A stretch of DNA of 51,247 nucleotides from Candidatus Magasanikiibacteriota bacterium (GCA_018061685.1 JAGOTR010000003.1:1-51247); one strand, 5' to 3'; shown: positions 13,619 to 24,477, counted from the first letter of the stretch. Made by a program: numbers and translations. The notes: generated by a model not told the origin, from the letters alone.

Positions 13619-14374
13619 ATGGGTCATTTGTTTGAAATTATTTTGTTTCAACCGATTTTTAATGGGTTTGTTGCCCTGTATAATGTATTACCCGATGTTG
13701 GGTTGGTTATTTTGATTATCACCGTTATTATTAAAGTAGTGCTGTACCCACTTACCACCGCATCGATTAAAGCACAAAAATCTCTTACCGAATTACAACC
13801 AAAATTAGAAGAGCTTAAACAAAAGCACAAGGGCAATCAACAAGAAATTGCACAAGAAACAATGAAATTATATAAAGAGCACAAGGTGAACCCATTGGGA
13901 TCTTGTTTGCCTATTTTAATTCAATTGCCTATTTTTCTTGCGCTCTACTTTGTATTTCGCGATGCCTTGGCAAATAGTCGATTTGAATTATTATATTCGT
14001 TTGTCACGAAGCCTGAATATATTAATTCAGTGACACTTCAATTATTTGATTTAGGAAAACCAAATGTGGTGTTGGCGGTACTCGCTGGTGGTGCACAATT
14101 TTTTCAAGCAAAAATGTTTATTCGAAAAAATCCACCGAAACAATCTGGTACTGATGGAAAAAATGAAAACATGATGAGTATTATGAATAAGCAAATGTTG
14201 TACCTCATGCCAATTATGACGCTTTTGATTGGGTTACAATTGCCTGGGGGCTTGTCACTGTATTGGTTCCTATCTACCATTCTTACCTTTTTGCAACAAC
14301 ACATTGTATTTCGCCAAACAAAAAATGATTCGGGTACGCCGTCTGATGTGCTTGAAGGAACGTTGGTAAAATAA
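13619..14374 (+). CDS. yidC: Membrane protein insertase YidC (short, Gram-positive/Oxa1-like form)
   Basis: 251 aa. Motifs GLVILIITVIIKVVLYPLT, KAQKSLTELQPKLEELKQKHKGNQQEIAQETMKLYKEHKVNPLGSCLPILIQLPIFLALY and GLSLYWFLSTILTFLQQ. Confidence 0.9.
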   Translation: MGHLFEIILFQPIFNGFVALYNVLPDVGLVILIITVIIKVVLYPLTTASIKAQKSLTELQPKLEELKQKHKGNQQEIAQETMKLYKEHKVNPLGSCLPILIQLPIFLALYFVFRDALANSRFELLYSFVTKPEYINSVTLQLFDLGKPNVVLAVLAGGAQFFQAKMFIRKNPPKQSGTDGKNENMMSIMNKQMLYLMPIMTLLIGLQLPGGLSLYWFLSTILTFLQQHIVFRQTKNDSGTPSDVLEGTLVK

Positions 14375-14387
14375 TATTTTATTTTGT

Positions 14388-14672
14388 ATGCGTGCCACAT
14401 GGAAACAAATAAAAAAATCAGTGGTAGAAACTCTTTCGGGAACACCTATTGGTCATGTGACTGATATCGTATTTCAAACCGAAGGTCAAGAAATTATTCA
14501 ATACCAGGTCAAGCCTTCGGCATTTCGAGGAAAAGAGTATCTTATTAGTCGCGATCAAATTGTTCGTTTTGAAGAGAGTAAGATCATTGTATACGATACG
14601 GCACTTCCAAAAGAATTGCGCAAGCAGGTCCGTGAAGAATTGCCCTTGTTACCCGATGTGGCAGGATTATAA
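14388..14672 (+). CDS. PRC-barrel domain protein
   Basis: 94 aa. V.TLSGTPIGHVTDIVFQTEGQEIIQYQV...YLISRDQIVRFEESKIIV matches the PRC-barrel pattern. Lies 13 nt downstream of yidC. Confidence 0.55.
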   Translation: MRATWKQIKKSVVETLSGTPIGHVTDIVFQTEGQEIIQYQVKPSAFRGKEYLISRDQIVRFEESKIIVYDTALPKELRKQVREELPLLPDVAGL

Positions 14673-14690
14673 CACCTCTGCATATTTCAG

Positions 14691-14722
14691 CATCCCCCCA
14701 AGCAGGGGATGTTTTATTTTTT
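14691..14722 (+). terminator. Intrinsic terminator after the yidC/PRC-barrel pair
   Basis: CATCCCC-CCAAGCA-GGGGATG followed by TTTTATTTTTT. The ATG at 14709 used by the ORF track lies inside this stem. Confidence 0.65.
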
Positions 14723-14741
14723 ACGGCAAGTACGATACACT

Positions 14742-15695
14742 ATGTATCGTATGAATACGACCAGCCTTCGACAATCAATAATTCAAACACTCTCGTATTT
14801 TGATATGTTTGATATGCCACTGACACGAGAAGAATTGTATCGGTGGTTGTGGCAACCTCCGGCTGTATCGTACCAAGAATTTGTTGTTTTTTTAGATATC
14901 CATGATACGGGTATGCCGTGGGCGTATGTGCAGGGGCATTATGTATTAAAAAAGAGAGAATCGCTGATAGAAAAAAAACAAGAGGGTGGACATATTGTGC
15001 ATACCAAATTACAGATTGCAAAAAAAGCTGCGAAAAAATTACGATGGATTCCGTTTGTGCGTGCCTGCTGTGTGTGTAATACGGTTGCGGGTGGGGGAGT
15101 CAAGCCTGATAGTGATATTGATGTGTTTTTGATTATTCAAGAACGGAGATTGTGGGTCACACGCTTGCTCGTTACTCTTGTGCTCAGTCTATTTTTTTTG
15201 CGAAGAACAAAAACGCGCGTGACAAATAAAATATGCTTGAGTTTTTATGTCACCACCAATCAGCAATGCCTGTGTCATGTGCGTATGCCTGAACCAGATA
15301 TTTATTTTGCCTATTGGATGCACCACCTTATTCCTGTCTACGATCCAGACCACTCGTTAGGCGTATTGATGGAAAAAAATACGTGGTTACAGGAATACCT
15401 CCCCCATGCGAGTCTTGCACATGCACCACAGAGTAGTGTGCAAATACACCATACTCGTATATCTCAAAAAGTCCAACAGGTATTCGAATATTTTTTTGGT
15501 GGAAAACGAGGAGATTTTTTTGAAAAAAAAACAAAAGCAGTGCAACTCAAAAAAATGCAGCACAATACCACGAGTCTCCAACACGCGGGTGATACACGCG
15601 TCATGATTTCTGATAGTATTTTAAAATTTCATGAAAATGATCGACGCATGTACTATAGAGACCTGTGGCAGGAACGATGGAATAAACGAGTGTAG
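14742..15695 (+). CDS. Nucleotidyltransferase-fold (Pol-beta-like) domain protein, function unknown
   Basis: ORF 14709..15695 trimmed to ATG 14742 (14751 is also possible), because 14709 sits in the terminator. The NTase signature is AGGGVKPDSDIDVFLI (G-G...D-x-D). Confidence 0.6.
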   Translation: MYRMNTTSLRQSIIQTLSYFDMFDMPLTREELYRWLWQPPAVSYQEFVVFLDIHDTGMPWAYVQGHYVLKKRESLIEKKQEGGHIVHTKLQIAKKAAKKLRWIPFVRACCVCNTVAGGGVKPDSDIDVFLIIQERRLWVTRLLVTLVLSLFFLRRTKTRVTNKICLSFYVTTNQQCLCHVRMPEPDIYFAYWMHHLIPVYDPDHSLGVLMEKNTWLQEYLPHASLAHAPQSSVQIHHTRISQKVQQVFEYFFGGKRGDFFEKKTKAVQLKKMQHNTTSLQHAGDTRVMISDSILKFHENDRRMYYRDLWQERWNKRV

Positions 15696-15727
15696 TGCAT
15701 GTTTCCTAATTTTTTCATCGGTGTTTG

Positions 15728-17089
15728 ATGTTTTGTATGTCTTTTTTCCCGCGTATTGAATCACTTCAGCAAAAAGTATTGCAGCTCTTTTTTTTCATAC
15801 TGCCGTGGCCAAGTATATGGATGTATCGAGAAGTATACGTTGATGGAATAAAGTGGCAATATGCGACACTTGGTTTCTATGCGTCAGAGGTGGTGTTGTG
15901 GCTTTTTTTTCTGTTATTTTTTACCGGGTTTATAAAAAAGTTTTTTTCTTTGCCCCGCGAGGAAAGACGATTTTCTTTTTCTTTTGATCGCATATTTTTG
16001 AGTACACTGTTTCTTTTTGTCGTGTACGTCCTCATGAGTAGATGGTGGGCAGTAGACAGTGCCATTGCCGCGCAACATGGGCTGCATCTGCTGGAAGGAG
16101 TGTTATTGTTTGTCACACTCAGTATAAGTCCCTATTCATTTCGGCAGCTTGCGTCGTGGTTTTTGGTGGGTATGATTGCTCCTATGCTGCTTGCTATATA
16201 TCAATTTTTTTCTCAAACCACGGTATCGTCAACCCTGTTAGGGTTGGCGGCACATCCGGCATTTGAGGCTGGAACATCGGTGGTTGTTGACGCCGGTAGC
16301 CGGTGGCTACGAGCCTATGGCAGCTTTGCTCACCCCAATATGTTTGGCGGGTTTGTGGTGCTCAGTTTTTTTATGAGTTCGTATTTGTTATTACAACAAC
16401 CAAAACAATTGTCTGGTATACAAAAATTTTTTCCACTCGGCATGCTGATCTTTAGCATAGTAGCACTCATCATCAGTTGGAGCAGAAGTAGTTGGATTGC
16501 CGGGGCACTAACAGGGGTCCTTTTGCTGGGTTTCTTTTTCAAGACGAGTGTGTTTCGATGGCAGTATGTGTTTGTCTGCGTGAGCATCCCCATTCTTTTT
16601 TTTCTGCTTTTGCCCAATTTATTTTTGACACGTCTCACCGTAGGGTCTCTTCATGAACTTCGTTCCATGAGCGAGCGTGTCGATGGGTATACAAACGCCA
16701 TGACCCTGTTTCAATCATCTCCCTGGTTTGGTGTGGGGATTGGCAACTACACACAGCAAGAAGCGCTGAGTTTTAGGGGGTTCCCGGTATGGGTGTATCA
16801 GCCCGTGCACAATATGTTTCTTCTTGCTCTTGTTGAGTTAGGTATTGTGGGCTTTGGGATTGCGAGTATTTCTTTTGTGGGTTACGTCACCTATATTGCC
16901 TCACGTGTTCACAAGCGGGGACTGCTCCTCTTTCTCTTTTGTATCTCTCCTCTGGTGCCGCTCGCTGTATTGGATCACTATATAGTCTCATCGTATCAGG
17001 GGCTATTGCTTGCTGCTCTCTGGCTTGCTTTGGTTACACACAGTCTTTCCACACAAGAAAAGAACGAAGAGTATTTGGGGCTCAAATAA
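15728..17089 (+). CDS. O-antigen ligase/polymerase-like (Wzy_C domain) polytopic membrane protein
   Basis: ORF 15725 (TTG) trimmed to ATG 15728. About 10-12 hydrophobic helices. Wzy_C-type motif LIISWSRSSWIAGALTGVLLL. Periplasmic-loop segment AYGSFAHPNMFGG. Confidence 0.75.
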   Translation: MFCMSFFPRIESLQQKVLQLFFFILPWPSIWMYREVYVDGIKWQYATLGFYASEVVLWLFFLLFFTGFIKKFFSLPREERRFSFSFDRIFLSTLFLFVVYVLMSRWWAVDSAIAAQHGLHLLEGVLLFVTLSISPYSFRQLASWFLVGMIAPMLLAIYQFFSQTTVSSTLLGLAAHPAFEAGTSVVVDAGSRWLRAYGSFAHPNMFGGFVVLSFFMSSYLLLQQPKQLSGIQKFFPLGMLIFSIVALIISWSRSSWIAGALTGVLLLGFFFKTSVFRWQYVFVCVSIPILFFLLLPNLFLTRLTVGSLHELRSMSERVDGYTNAMTLFQSSPWFGVGIGNYTQQEALSFRGFPVWVYQPVHNMFLLALVELGIVGFGIASISFVGYVTYIASRVHKRGLLLFLFCISPLVPLAVLDHYIVSSYQGLLLAALWLALVTHSLSTQEKNEEYLGLK

Positions 17090-17190
17090 GCAAAAACAAA
17101 CTCACCTTGACAATACCGACCCCACATGGGAAACTAGGTATCCACTCGTACAAGAAAAGAGTGTTGAATAGCTCAGAGGTGGTAGTAGGC

Positions 17191-17304
17191 ATGGACATGC
17201 GCCATTCGATTGTCATGTTACTGACAGGCATCATGACAGTTATATGTGGACGCTGTTTTCAAGCTTACTACCGCCTGTGGGCTTTTCTTTTTGTGGAAAA
17301 TTAA
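17191..17304 (+). CDS. Speculative 37-codon hydrophobic small ORF (alternatively part of a structured small RNA)
   Basis: MDMRHSIVMLLTGIMTVICGRCFQAYYRLWAFLFVEN. GAGGTGG lies 8 nt upstream of the ATG, which is unusual in this SD-poor genome. The SD lies in a 17-nt segment (17174-17190) that pairs 16/17 with 17263-17279. Confidence 0.25.
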   Translation: MDMRHSIVMLLTGIMTVICGRCFQAYYRLWAFLFVEN

Positions 17305-17307
17305 CCC

Positions 17308-17335
17308 TTGACAGTGTTATATAATTTTGTACAAT
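17308..17335 (+). promoter_or_regulatory. groESL sigma-70 promoter
   Basis: TTGACA (17308-17313), 16-nt spacer, TACAAT (17330-17335). Confidence 0.7.
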
Positions 17336-17342
17336 GGGGGTG

Positions 17343-17369
17343 TTATCACTCTTTTTGTAAGAGTGATAA
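17343..17369 (+). promoter_or_regulatory. CIRCE-type HrcA operator, variant TTATCACTC-N9-GAGTGATAA
   Basis: Perfect 9-bp inverted repeat with a 9-nt spacer, just downstream of the -10 box and upstream of groES. It differs from the canonical TTAGCACTC-N9-GAGTGCTAA by one symmetric substitution. Confidence 0.8.
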
Positions 17370-17396
17370 TGTATTCATCTTTTTAATCATTTTTTT

Positions 17397-17684
17397 ATGC
17401 AAGTACATCCACTTGGAAATCGCGTATTAATTCAACTCAGTAAAGAAGAAGAAATGACCAAATCAGGTATTGTTATTACCGTTGGTGATAAAGAAAAAAA
17501 GAGCGAAGGCATTATTATTGCCGTTGGCACCGGAAAAGTAACTGATGGTGGAACGACGATCCCGATGACTGTTTCTGTTGGTCAAAAAGTACTCGTAAAA
17601 TCATGGGGTGGTGACGAAGTGGTTATGGATGGAGAAACGTATAAAATTTTTGATGCAGATGATATTTTAGCGATCCTTTCTTAA
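17397..17684 (+). CDS. groES: Co-chaperonin GroES
   Basis: 95 aa: PLGNRVLIQLSKEEEMTKSGIVI...GIIIAVGTGK...VSVGQKVLVKSWGGDEV. Confidence 0.95.
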   Translation: MQVHPLGNRVLIQLSKEEEMTKSGIVITVGDKEKKSEGIIIAVGTGKVTDGGTTIPMTVSVGQKVLVKSWGGDEVVMDGETYKIFDADDILAILS

Positions 17685-17732
17685 TTTCGTGAATATCTGA
17701 ATATCCAAATAATATTTACTCTACTCATATAA

Positions 17733-19373
<1,641 letters not shown>

Positions 19374-19394
19374 TCGTAATAAAAAAGAAAAAAA

Positions 19395-19421
19395 ATCGTC
19401 AACACGTGTTGACGATTTTTT
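19395..19421 (+). terminator. Intrinsic terminator after groEL
   Basis: ATCGTCAACACGTGTTGACGAT palindrome followed by a T-run and preceded by an A-run. Confidence 0.8.
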
Positions 19422-19512
19422 ATTTTTCTTCAATATGTGATATAGTGATAGCTACTTAGATCTCTCTCATGTACACCACTGTACCTATTTGTTTACATAA
19501 CTCTCTCTTGTT

Positions 19513-22500
19513 ATGAAAGAAAACGCCACCGCAGTTCGAGTTCCTTCGGGGTACCCAGGCGATACATCTGTATTTGCTATATTTATTTTACTTTTTTTAA
19601 TTGCCATTGTATCGGCTGTAATTTTAAGTGTGCGAGGGTTGCCGGCTGCTTCGGCTCATCCAAATACTCTTGTGGAGTTAGATTATAATATTCAAGGCTC
19701 TGTGCAAGATATGGCAATTTCTGCCGATGGTGAGACGTACTACTTAAGTGGTAATTTTTCTTATGTTGGTGCCACAACCGGGCCTGGTGTGATTGTGAAT
19801 GCTACCACAGGCGCATTAGCGGAATACCATAAACTTGGGTCAGGATCTGTTTCGGCTCGTGTGGTTATCTCTGATGGAAGCGGCGGATGGTATGTGGGTG
19901 GTACGTTCACAACAGTGGGAAATGTTTCTCAAGATAGACTTGTTCATATTACATCTGACGGGTCTATTAATACTTCTTTTGATCCAACATTTGACCAGTT
20001 TGGAAGCATCTATTCATTAGCGCTTGATAGTGCTGCGGGAAGGCTATATGTGGGTGGATCATTTACCGAGGTGAATGGCCAAGCTCGTGATAGTTTGGTT
20101 GCACTGCAAACGGCAAACGGTGATCTTGTTGATGCGTTTCAAATTGATGTAAATAATTTTGGTACGGTGTATGACATGGAAATCAATAGCGGCACCCTCT
20201 ATCTTGCGGGTAATTTTAGTGCATTAGGTGATCTTGCTACACGGTATTCTTACGGAGCTATTGATGTTTCTTCGAGTACCACAAGTACGGTTACGAGTTT
20301 TGGAGATTCTTTTGGATTGGGTTTGTATGGTACTGCCTATGCATTGGAAATCTATGATGGATATGTCTATTTGGGTGGATTTTTTAATGGAATTGGCACG
20401 GGATTTGATATTAATCATGTTGCTCGATTTGATATTGTTGAGGGAGATATTGACTCTAATTGGAATATCGGACCAGACAGTAGTGTGAATGATATTGAAA
20501 TAAGTGATACGGGTATTGTATATGTCGGTGGTGGCTTTACTGGAATTGGCGGTGATAGTAGTCAAGGATATTTAGCTGCCGTAGATGTTGCCACAGAATT
20601 ATCAACGGGGTGGAGTCCGGTATTGAATGGGTCTGTTGAAGATATTCATATTGGAAGTGACACTATTTATTTTGCAGGATCTTTTGATACGGTAAACAGT
20701 TCCACTCGGTATTTAGGGGCGGCTGTGGACGCTGCGACGGGGTTAGTGAATACTGATCTTACCTTTACTCCTAATTCAGGGAGCACAGGATACGCTATTA
20801 TGGAACAATCGGGTGAAGTGTATTTTCTTGGGAGTTTTGATTCTATTGGAGGTGCTCGCTGTCGTGGGTTGGTTGGTATTACCGTTGATACTGGATTACC
20901 CACATCATTTTGTCATTCGTTTACCAATATGGGGTCAACCGCTGGGCCACGTACGTTGTTGTTAGAAGGGAACAAGTTGTATGTTGGAGGGGCTTTTTCG
21001 AGTATTAATGATGGAAGTTCTTCTCCAAATTTTGCTGCTGTATTTAATGTCGATACGAATGAATTATTAGATATTGATTTTGGTTTATCTATTGGTTTTG
21101 GTATGGGGGATCACGGTGTCTATAAATTTCTTATTGATGGTGATGATATCTATATTGGAGGGAAATATACGGCAATAGATCTCTCGAGTGATTATGCTGT
21201 TCTTGGTAAATTTAATAAAACAACAGGAGCGCATGATACTTCGTTGAGTACTGGTTTATTATATCCAAGTTGTTGTGGTGGAAATGACGGAGAAGTACGT
21301 GATATGGTATTAATTGATGATATTTTGTATGTTGGAGGATATTTTACTACTGCTACTGGTAGTGTTTCTCGGTCATATTTAAGTGCTTTTAATACGACGG
21401 ATGGTACATTAACTGCGTGGGCTCCAGAAGCAAACGGGCGGGTAACGCAAATGGAATATAATGGCACGGATACCCTGTATATTTCCGGCGATTTTGGTAC
21501 GATAAATGGTGATACAAGAAATTATTTAGCAGCAGTAGATGTAACAACGGGGTCGACAACTGACTGGGCACCTACTGTGGCAGCTGCACCGAGTGTGTTA
21601 TTAATTGAAGATGGCTATTTGTATGTGGGCGGCGGATTTTCAGAAATAAATGCGACGGCAAGAGAAATGCTCGCTAGCTTTCAATTAAGCGATGAAACAC
21701 TTACGAATTGGAATCCTAATTTAGATGATAGTATTTCAGCGAGTCAATCGAGTGTTCATACATTAAAAAAAGATAATTCTACCGTATTTGTAGGGGGAAA
21801 TTTTCTTACTGCAGGATCAGATAGAATATTTAACGTAGGTAAATTTGGACCACTGAAAGTACAATTTTCGTCCAGTACTTGGACTCAAAGTGAAACAGTG
21901 ACAAATGTGCCATTTACTATTGCTATTTCAAGTGGAAATACGTCATCACTCCCTATTGGTGTGGTGCTGAATGTCACCGGTGGAAGTGCCACCTATGGTG
22001 TCGATTATACCGTTTCCACCGGAACGCTTACTATTGCCGCAGGAGAAACGTCTACATCTTCTGCCATTACCATCGTCAATGATGATACCTTTGAAGCAGA
22101 CGAAACCATTGTACTTACCCTCGTATCAACCGATATTGCTGAATTTGATTTGAATACTACCTATACCTATACCATTGTGAATGATGAGGTTGTAACACCA
22201 GGTGTCATGATTACCGAATCTGATGCAGGAACAGCGGTGACTGAGGGTGGTGCAACCGATAGCTACACCGTGGTATTAAATTCCCAGCCAGATTCTGATG
22301 TGACGGTTGCAATTAGTGAGTCGGCGGATCTCACTATTTCTACGAGTAGTATTGTGTTTACTGCTGCAAACTGGGATACGGAACGCACCGTGACCGTTAC
22401 TGCGGTAAACGATGATATTGATGAAGATGTCGAAATAGTCACCACGACATTTAGTGCCACTTCTCTTGATATGGATTATGAGGCTATTGATATAGACCCA

Positions 22501-24468
22501 ATTGACGTAACCATAACCGATAATGATACTGCGGGTATGACACTCACTCAATCAGATGCAACGACGGTATTGAGTGAAGCTGTTGATGGAAGTAGTGATA
22601 GTTACACCATTGTGCTCGATAGTGAACCAACGGCAGACGTGACTGTTGCAATTACTTCCGATAGTACAGAGTTGACACTTTCAACAAGTACGATTGTATT
22701 TACGAGTGCTAATTGGGATACAGCCATAACGATTACGGCAACCATTGTTGATGATAGTAATGATGAAGATGCAACACATACAAGTGTTATTTCGCATGCC
22801 GTAACAAGTGGTGACAGTGATTATAATGAATTTGCTTTGGGCACCGTGAGTGTGAGTATTACCGATGATGATACTGCCTCTATTACTCTTACCGAAGCAG
22901 GTGGGTCAAGTACCGTGACCGAAGATGGAGCTACTGATACCTATACTTTGGTACTCGGAAGTTCTCCTTCTTCTTCCGTTACTATTGCACTGGCGTTGGA
23001 TAATGATGATGTGACCATTTCTACCAGTTCAATTGTATTTACCAGTGCTAATTGGAGTAGTGCTGTTACCGTCACAATAAGTGCGGTAAATGATGCAACT
23101 GTTGAAGGCGACCATACGTCTGAAATTAGTCATACCGTTACCTCTGACGATGCCTTGTATGATGCATTTGATATTGATGACGTGGTTGTCACCATTACGG
23201 ATAATGATGTTGCGGCAAGTGAAGATGATGATACACCGGTAGATACTGGTGGGGCTGCATCACCAGTTGCTTCTCCTTCTCAAGTACTCAATACACTCAC
23301 AACCGCTCCGGAATTTTCTCAAAGTATTCAAACCACCTTTGCCGTAACACCTGGGAATCCAACACAAATTAACGTGGGGGGCGCTTCTCACACCTTAAGT
23401 GTTGAACTTGCATCAACTGACGAAGTGACTATTATTATTCAGTCTGATCCGGTTTCTGTGCAATTGTGGAAAGGTGAAAGTAAAGACGTTGATATTACGG
23501 GTGATTATGTGCCAGATGTTTCAGTAAAATATAAAGGAGTATTAAATGGCAAACCTCAAATTGCTGTCACCGACTTAGTGCGTCAAAGAAAAGTATTTGT
23601 GATTAATAACGATGCACTCCAAACAGAAGCACGCGAAGTAACGGTTCAACTATTAGCAGATGGTATTCGATCATTAGTATTGTCGGACGAACCAAATTTA
23701 TCAAAGAAAAGTTTTGAATCAAAAACGACGTCAACACTCACCTGGCAATTACCCGAAGGAAATGGAAAGAAAACTATTTACGGAAGATTTATTCTTACAA
23801 ATGGAAGCATTATTGCCTTTGAAGACAGTATTAATTTGGTGCCAAAAGGAACAAAAGTGGAAACCTGCCCGCTTCGCTCTGGGGCAGCGTATAAAGTAAG
23901 AAATAGTGGGGTGGTATGGTTTGTAACAGGGTCATGCACCAAACGACCGTTTAGTAGCGAAGATATTTTCTTTTCCTATTTTGATTCCTTTAGAGGAGTT
24001 GAAACCATACCACAGGCAACATTACAAGCTGTCCCTGAAGATGCATTTGGTGCAATGCCTATGGGTGTGCGCCTTCGGTTTGCTGATGGAAGTTTAGTAA
24101 AGCTAGCCAATGATCCAACCGTGTATTTGGTGCTGCAAGGTGAGGTGCGTCCTATCCCGAACGAACAAACATTTATTTCCCTTGGCTTTCAATGGAATTG
24201 GATAGAAACGATTACAAAAGAAACGTTTGCTCGTTATAGAATGGGGGCGCCACTCACCAGTGCGAGACTCCCATATACGCTTATAAGCTATCCACGATCG
24301 TCCCAAATATATCGATTAGAGCCTGATGCGGCAATGCCCGGAAAATTGGTAAAAAGACGCATTGCAACGACCGATGCGTTGAATCGATTAGGGTATCGAC
24401 GAGATCGTGTGGTGGTTATTCCTGCCACAGAAGTGTATGCCGATGGGTCTCCAATTGGTGTGAATTAA
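19513..24468 (+). CDS. Giant (1651 aa) membrane-anchored/secreted surface protein: beta-propeller repeats plus Calx-beta-like repeats plus a C-terminal repeat domain
   Basis: N-terminal hydrophobic anchor VFAIFILLFLIAIVSAVILSV. About 15 repeats of the Y(V/L)(G/A)GxF(T/S)x(V/I)(N/G)...(L/A)A(A/V)(V/F)D..TG type, typical of delta-60/beta-propeller repeats. A classic Calx-beta unit, GGSATYGVDYTVSTGTLTIAAGETSTSSAITIVNDDTFEADETIVLTLV. Confidence 0.9.
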   Translation: MKENATAVRVPSGYPGDTSVFAIFILLFLIAIVSAVILSVRGLPAASAHPNTLVELDYNIQGSVQDMAISADGETYYLSGNFSYVGATTGPGVIVNATTGALAEYHKLGSGSVSARVVISDGSGGWYVGGTFTTVGNVSQDRLVHITSDGSINTSFDPTFDQFGSIYSLALDSAAGRLYVGGSFTEVNGQARDSLVALQTANGDLVDAFQIDVNNFGTVYDMEINSGTLYLAGNFSALGDLATRYSYGAIDVSSSTTSTVTSFGDSFGLGLYGTAYALEIYDGYVYLGGFFNGIGTGFDINHVARFDIVEGDIDSNWNIGPDSSVNDIEISDTGIVYVGGGFTGIGGDSSQGYLAAVDVATELSTGWSPVLNGSVEDIHIGSDTIYFAGSFDTVNSSTRYLGAAVDAATGLVNTDLTFTPNSGSTGYAIMEQSGEVYFLGSFDSIGGARCRGLVGITVDTGLPTSFCHSFTNMGSTAGPRTLLLEGNKLYVGGAFSSINDGSSSPNFAAVFNVDTNELLDIDFGLSIGFGMGDHGVYKFLIDGDDIYIGGKYTAIDLSSDYAVLGKFNKTTGAHDTSLSTGLLYPSCCGGNDGEVRDMVLIDDILYVGGYFTTATGSVSRSYLSAFNTTDGTLTAWAPEANGRVTQMEYNGTDTLYISGDFGTINGDTRNYLAAVDVTTGSTTDWAPTVAAAPSVLLIEDGYLYVGGGFSEINATAREMLASFQLSDETLTNWNPNLDDSISASQSSVHTLKKDNSTVFVGGNFLTAGSDRIFNVGKFGPLKVQFSSSTWTQSETVTNVPFTIAISSGNTSSLPIGVVLNVTGGSATYGVDYTVSTGTLTIAAGETSTSSAITIVNDDTFEADETIVLTLVSTDIAEFDLNTTYTYTIVNDEVVTPGVMITESDAGTAVTEGGATDSYTVVLNSQPDSDVTVAISESADLTISTSSIVFTAANWDTERTVTVTAVNDDIDEDVEIVTTTFSATSLDMDYEAIDIDPIDVTITDNDTAGMTLTQSDATTVLSEAVDGSSDSYTIVLDSEPTADVTVAITSDSTELTLSTSTIVFTSANWDTAITITATIVDDSNDEDATHTSVISHAVTSGDSDYNEFALGTVSVSITDDDTASITLTEAGGSSTVTEDGATDTYTLVLGSSPSSSVTIALALDNDDVTISTSSIVFTSANWSSAVTVTISAVNDATVEGDHTSEISHTVTSDDALYDAFDIDDVVVTITDNDVAASEDDDTPVDTGGAASPVASPSQVLNTLTTAPEFSQSIQTTFAVTPGNPTQINVGGASHTLSVELASTDEVTIIIQSDPVSVQLWKGESKDVDITGDYVPDVSVKYKGVLNGKPQIAVTDLVRQRKVFVINNDALQTEAREVTVQLLADGIRSLVLSDEPNLSKKSFESKTTSTLTWQLPEGNGKKTIYGRFILTNGSIIAFEDSINLVPKGTKVETCPLRSGAAYKVRNSGVVWFVTGSCTKRPFSSEDIFFSYFDSFRGVETIPQATLQAVPEDAFGAMPMGVRLRFADGSLVKLANDPTVYLVLQGEVRPIPNEQTFISLGFQWNWIETITKETFARYRMGAPLTSARLPYTLISYPRSSQIYRLEPDAAMPGKLVKRRIATTDALNRLGYRRDRVVVIPATEVYADGSPIGVN
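22189..23209 (+). repeat. Three tandem in-frame repeats of about 340 nt (about 113 aa), Calx-beta-like adhesin modules, inside the 19513 CDS
   Basis: Units start VVTPGVMITESDAGTAVTEGGATDSYTVVLNSQP, TAGMTLTQSDATTVLSEAVDGSSDSYTIVLDSEP and TASITLTEAGGSSTVTEDGATDTYTLVLGSSP. Each unit ends ...V(T/S)ITD(N/D)D. Confidence 0.85.
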
Positions 24469-24477
24469 GCAAAAAAA

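Noticed and set aside
14709-14741. ATG at 14709 as start of the nucleotidyltransferase-domain gene
   Set aside because: This ATG is part of the 3' arm of the terminator stem (GGGGATG) and is followed by its T-run. The next in-frame ATGs at 14742 and 14751 are more plausible.
17161-17215. tRNA-like string AATAGCTCAGAGGTGGTAG
   Set aside because: It resembles a D-loop, but no matching D-stem 3' strand, anticodon arm, T-loop (GTTCRA) or acceptor pairing can be drawn.
17100-17300. SRP RNA, 6S RNA or tmRNA in the groES-upstream spacer (also considered for 2028-2140)
   Set aside because: Neither strand has the SRP domain IV motif (GGAA tetraloop with AGCA/GGAAGCAGC context) or a tmRNA tRNA-like end (GGTTCGAATCC...CCA).
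16939-17304. 121-aa ORF 16939..17304
   Set aside because: Its first 50 codons overlap the 3' end of the Wzy-like gene in another frame. Only the last 37 codons (from 17191) have any start signal, and even those are kept only as a low-confidence hypothesis.
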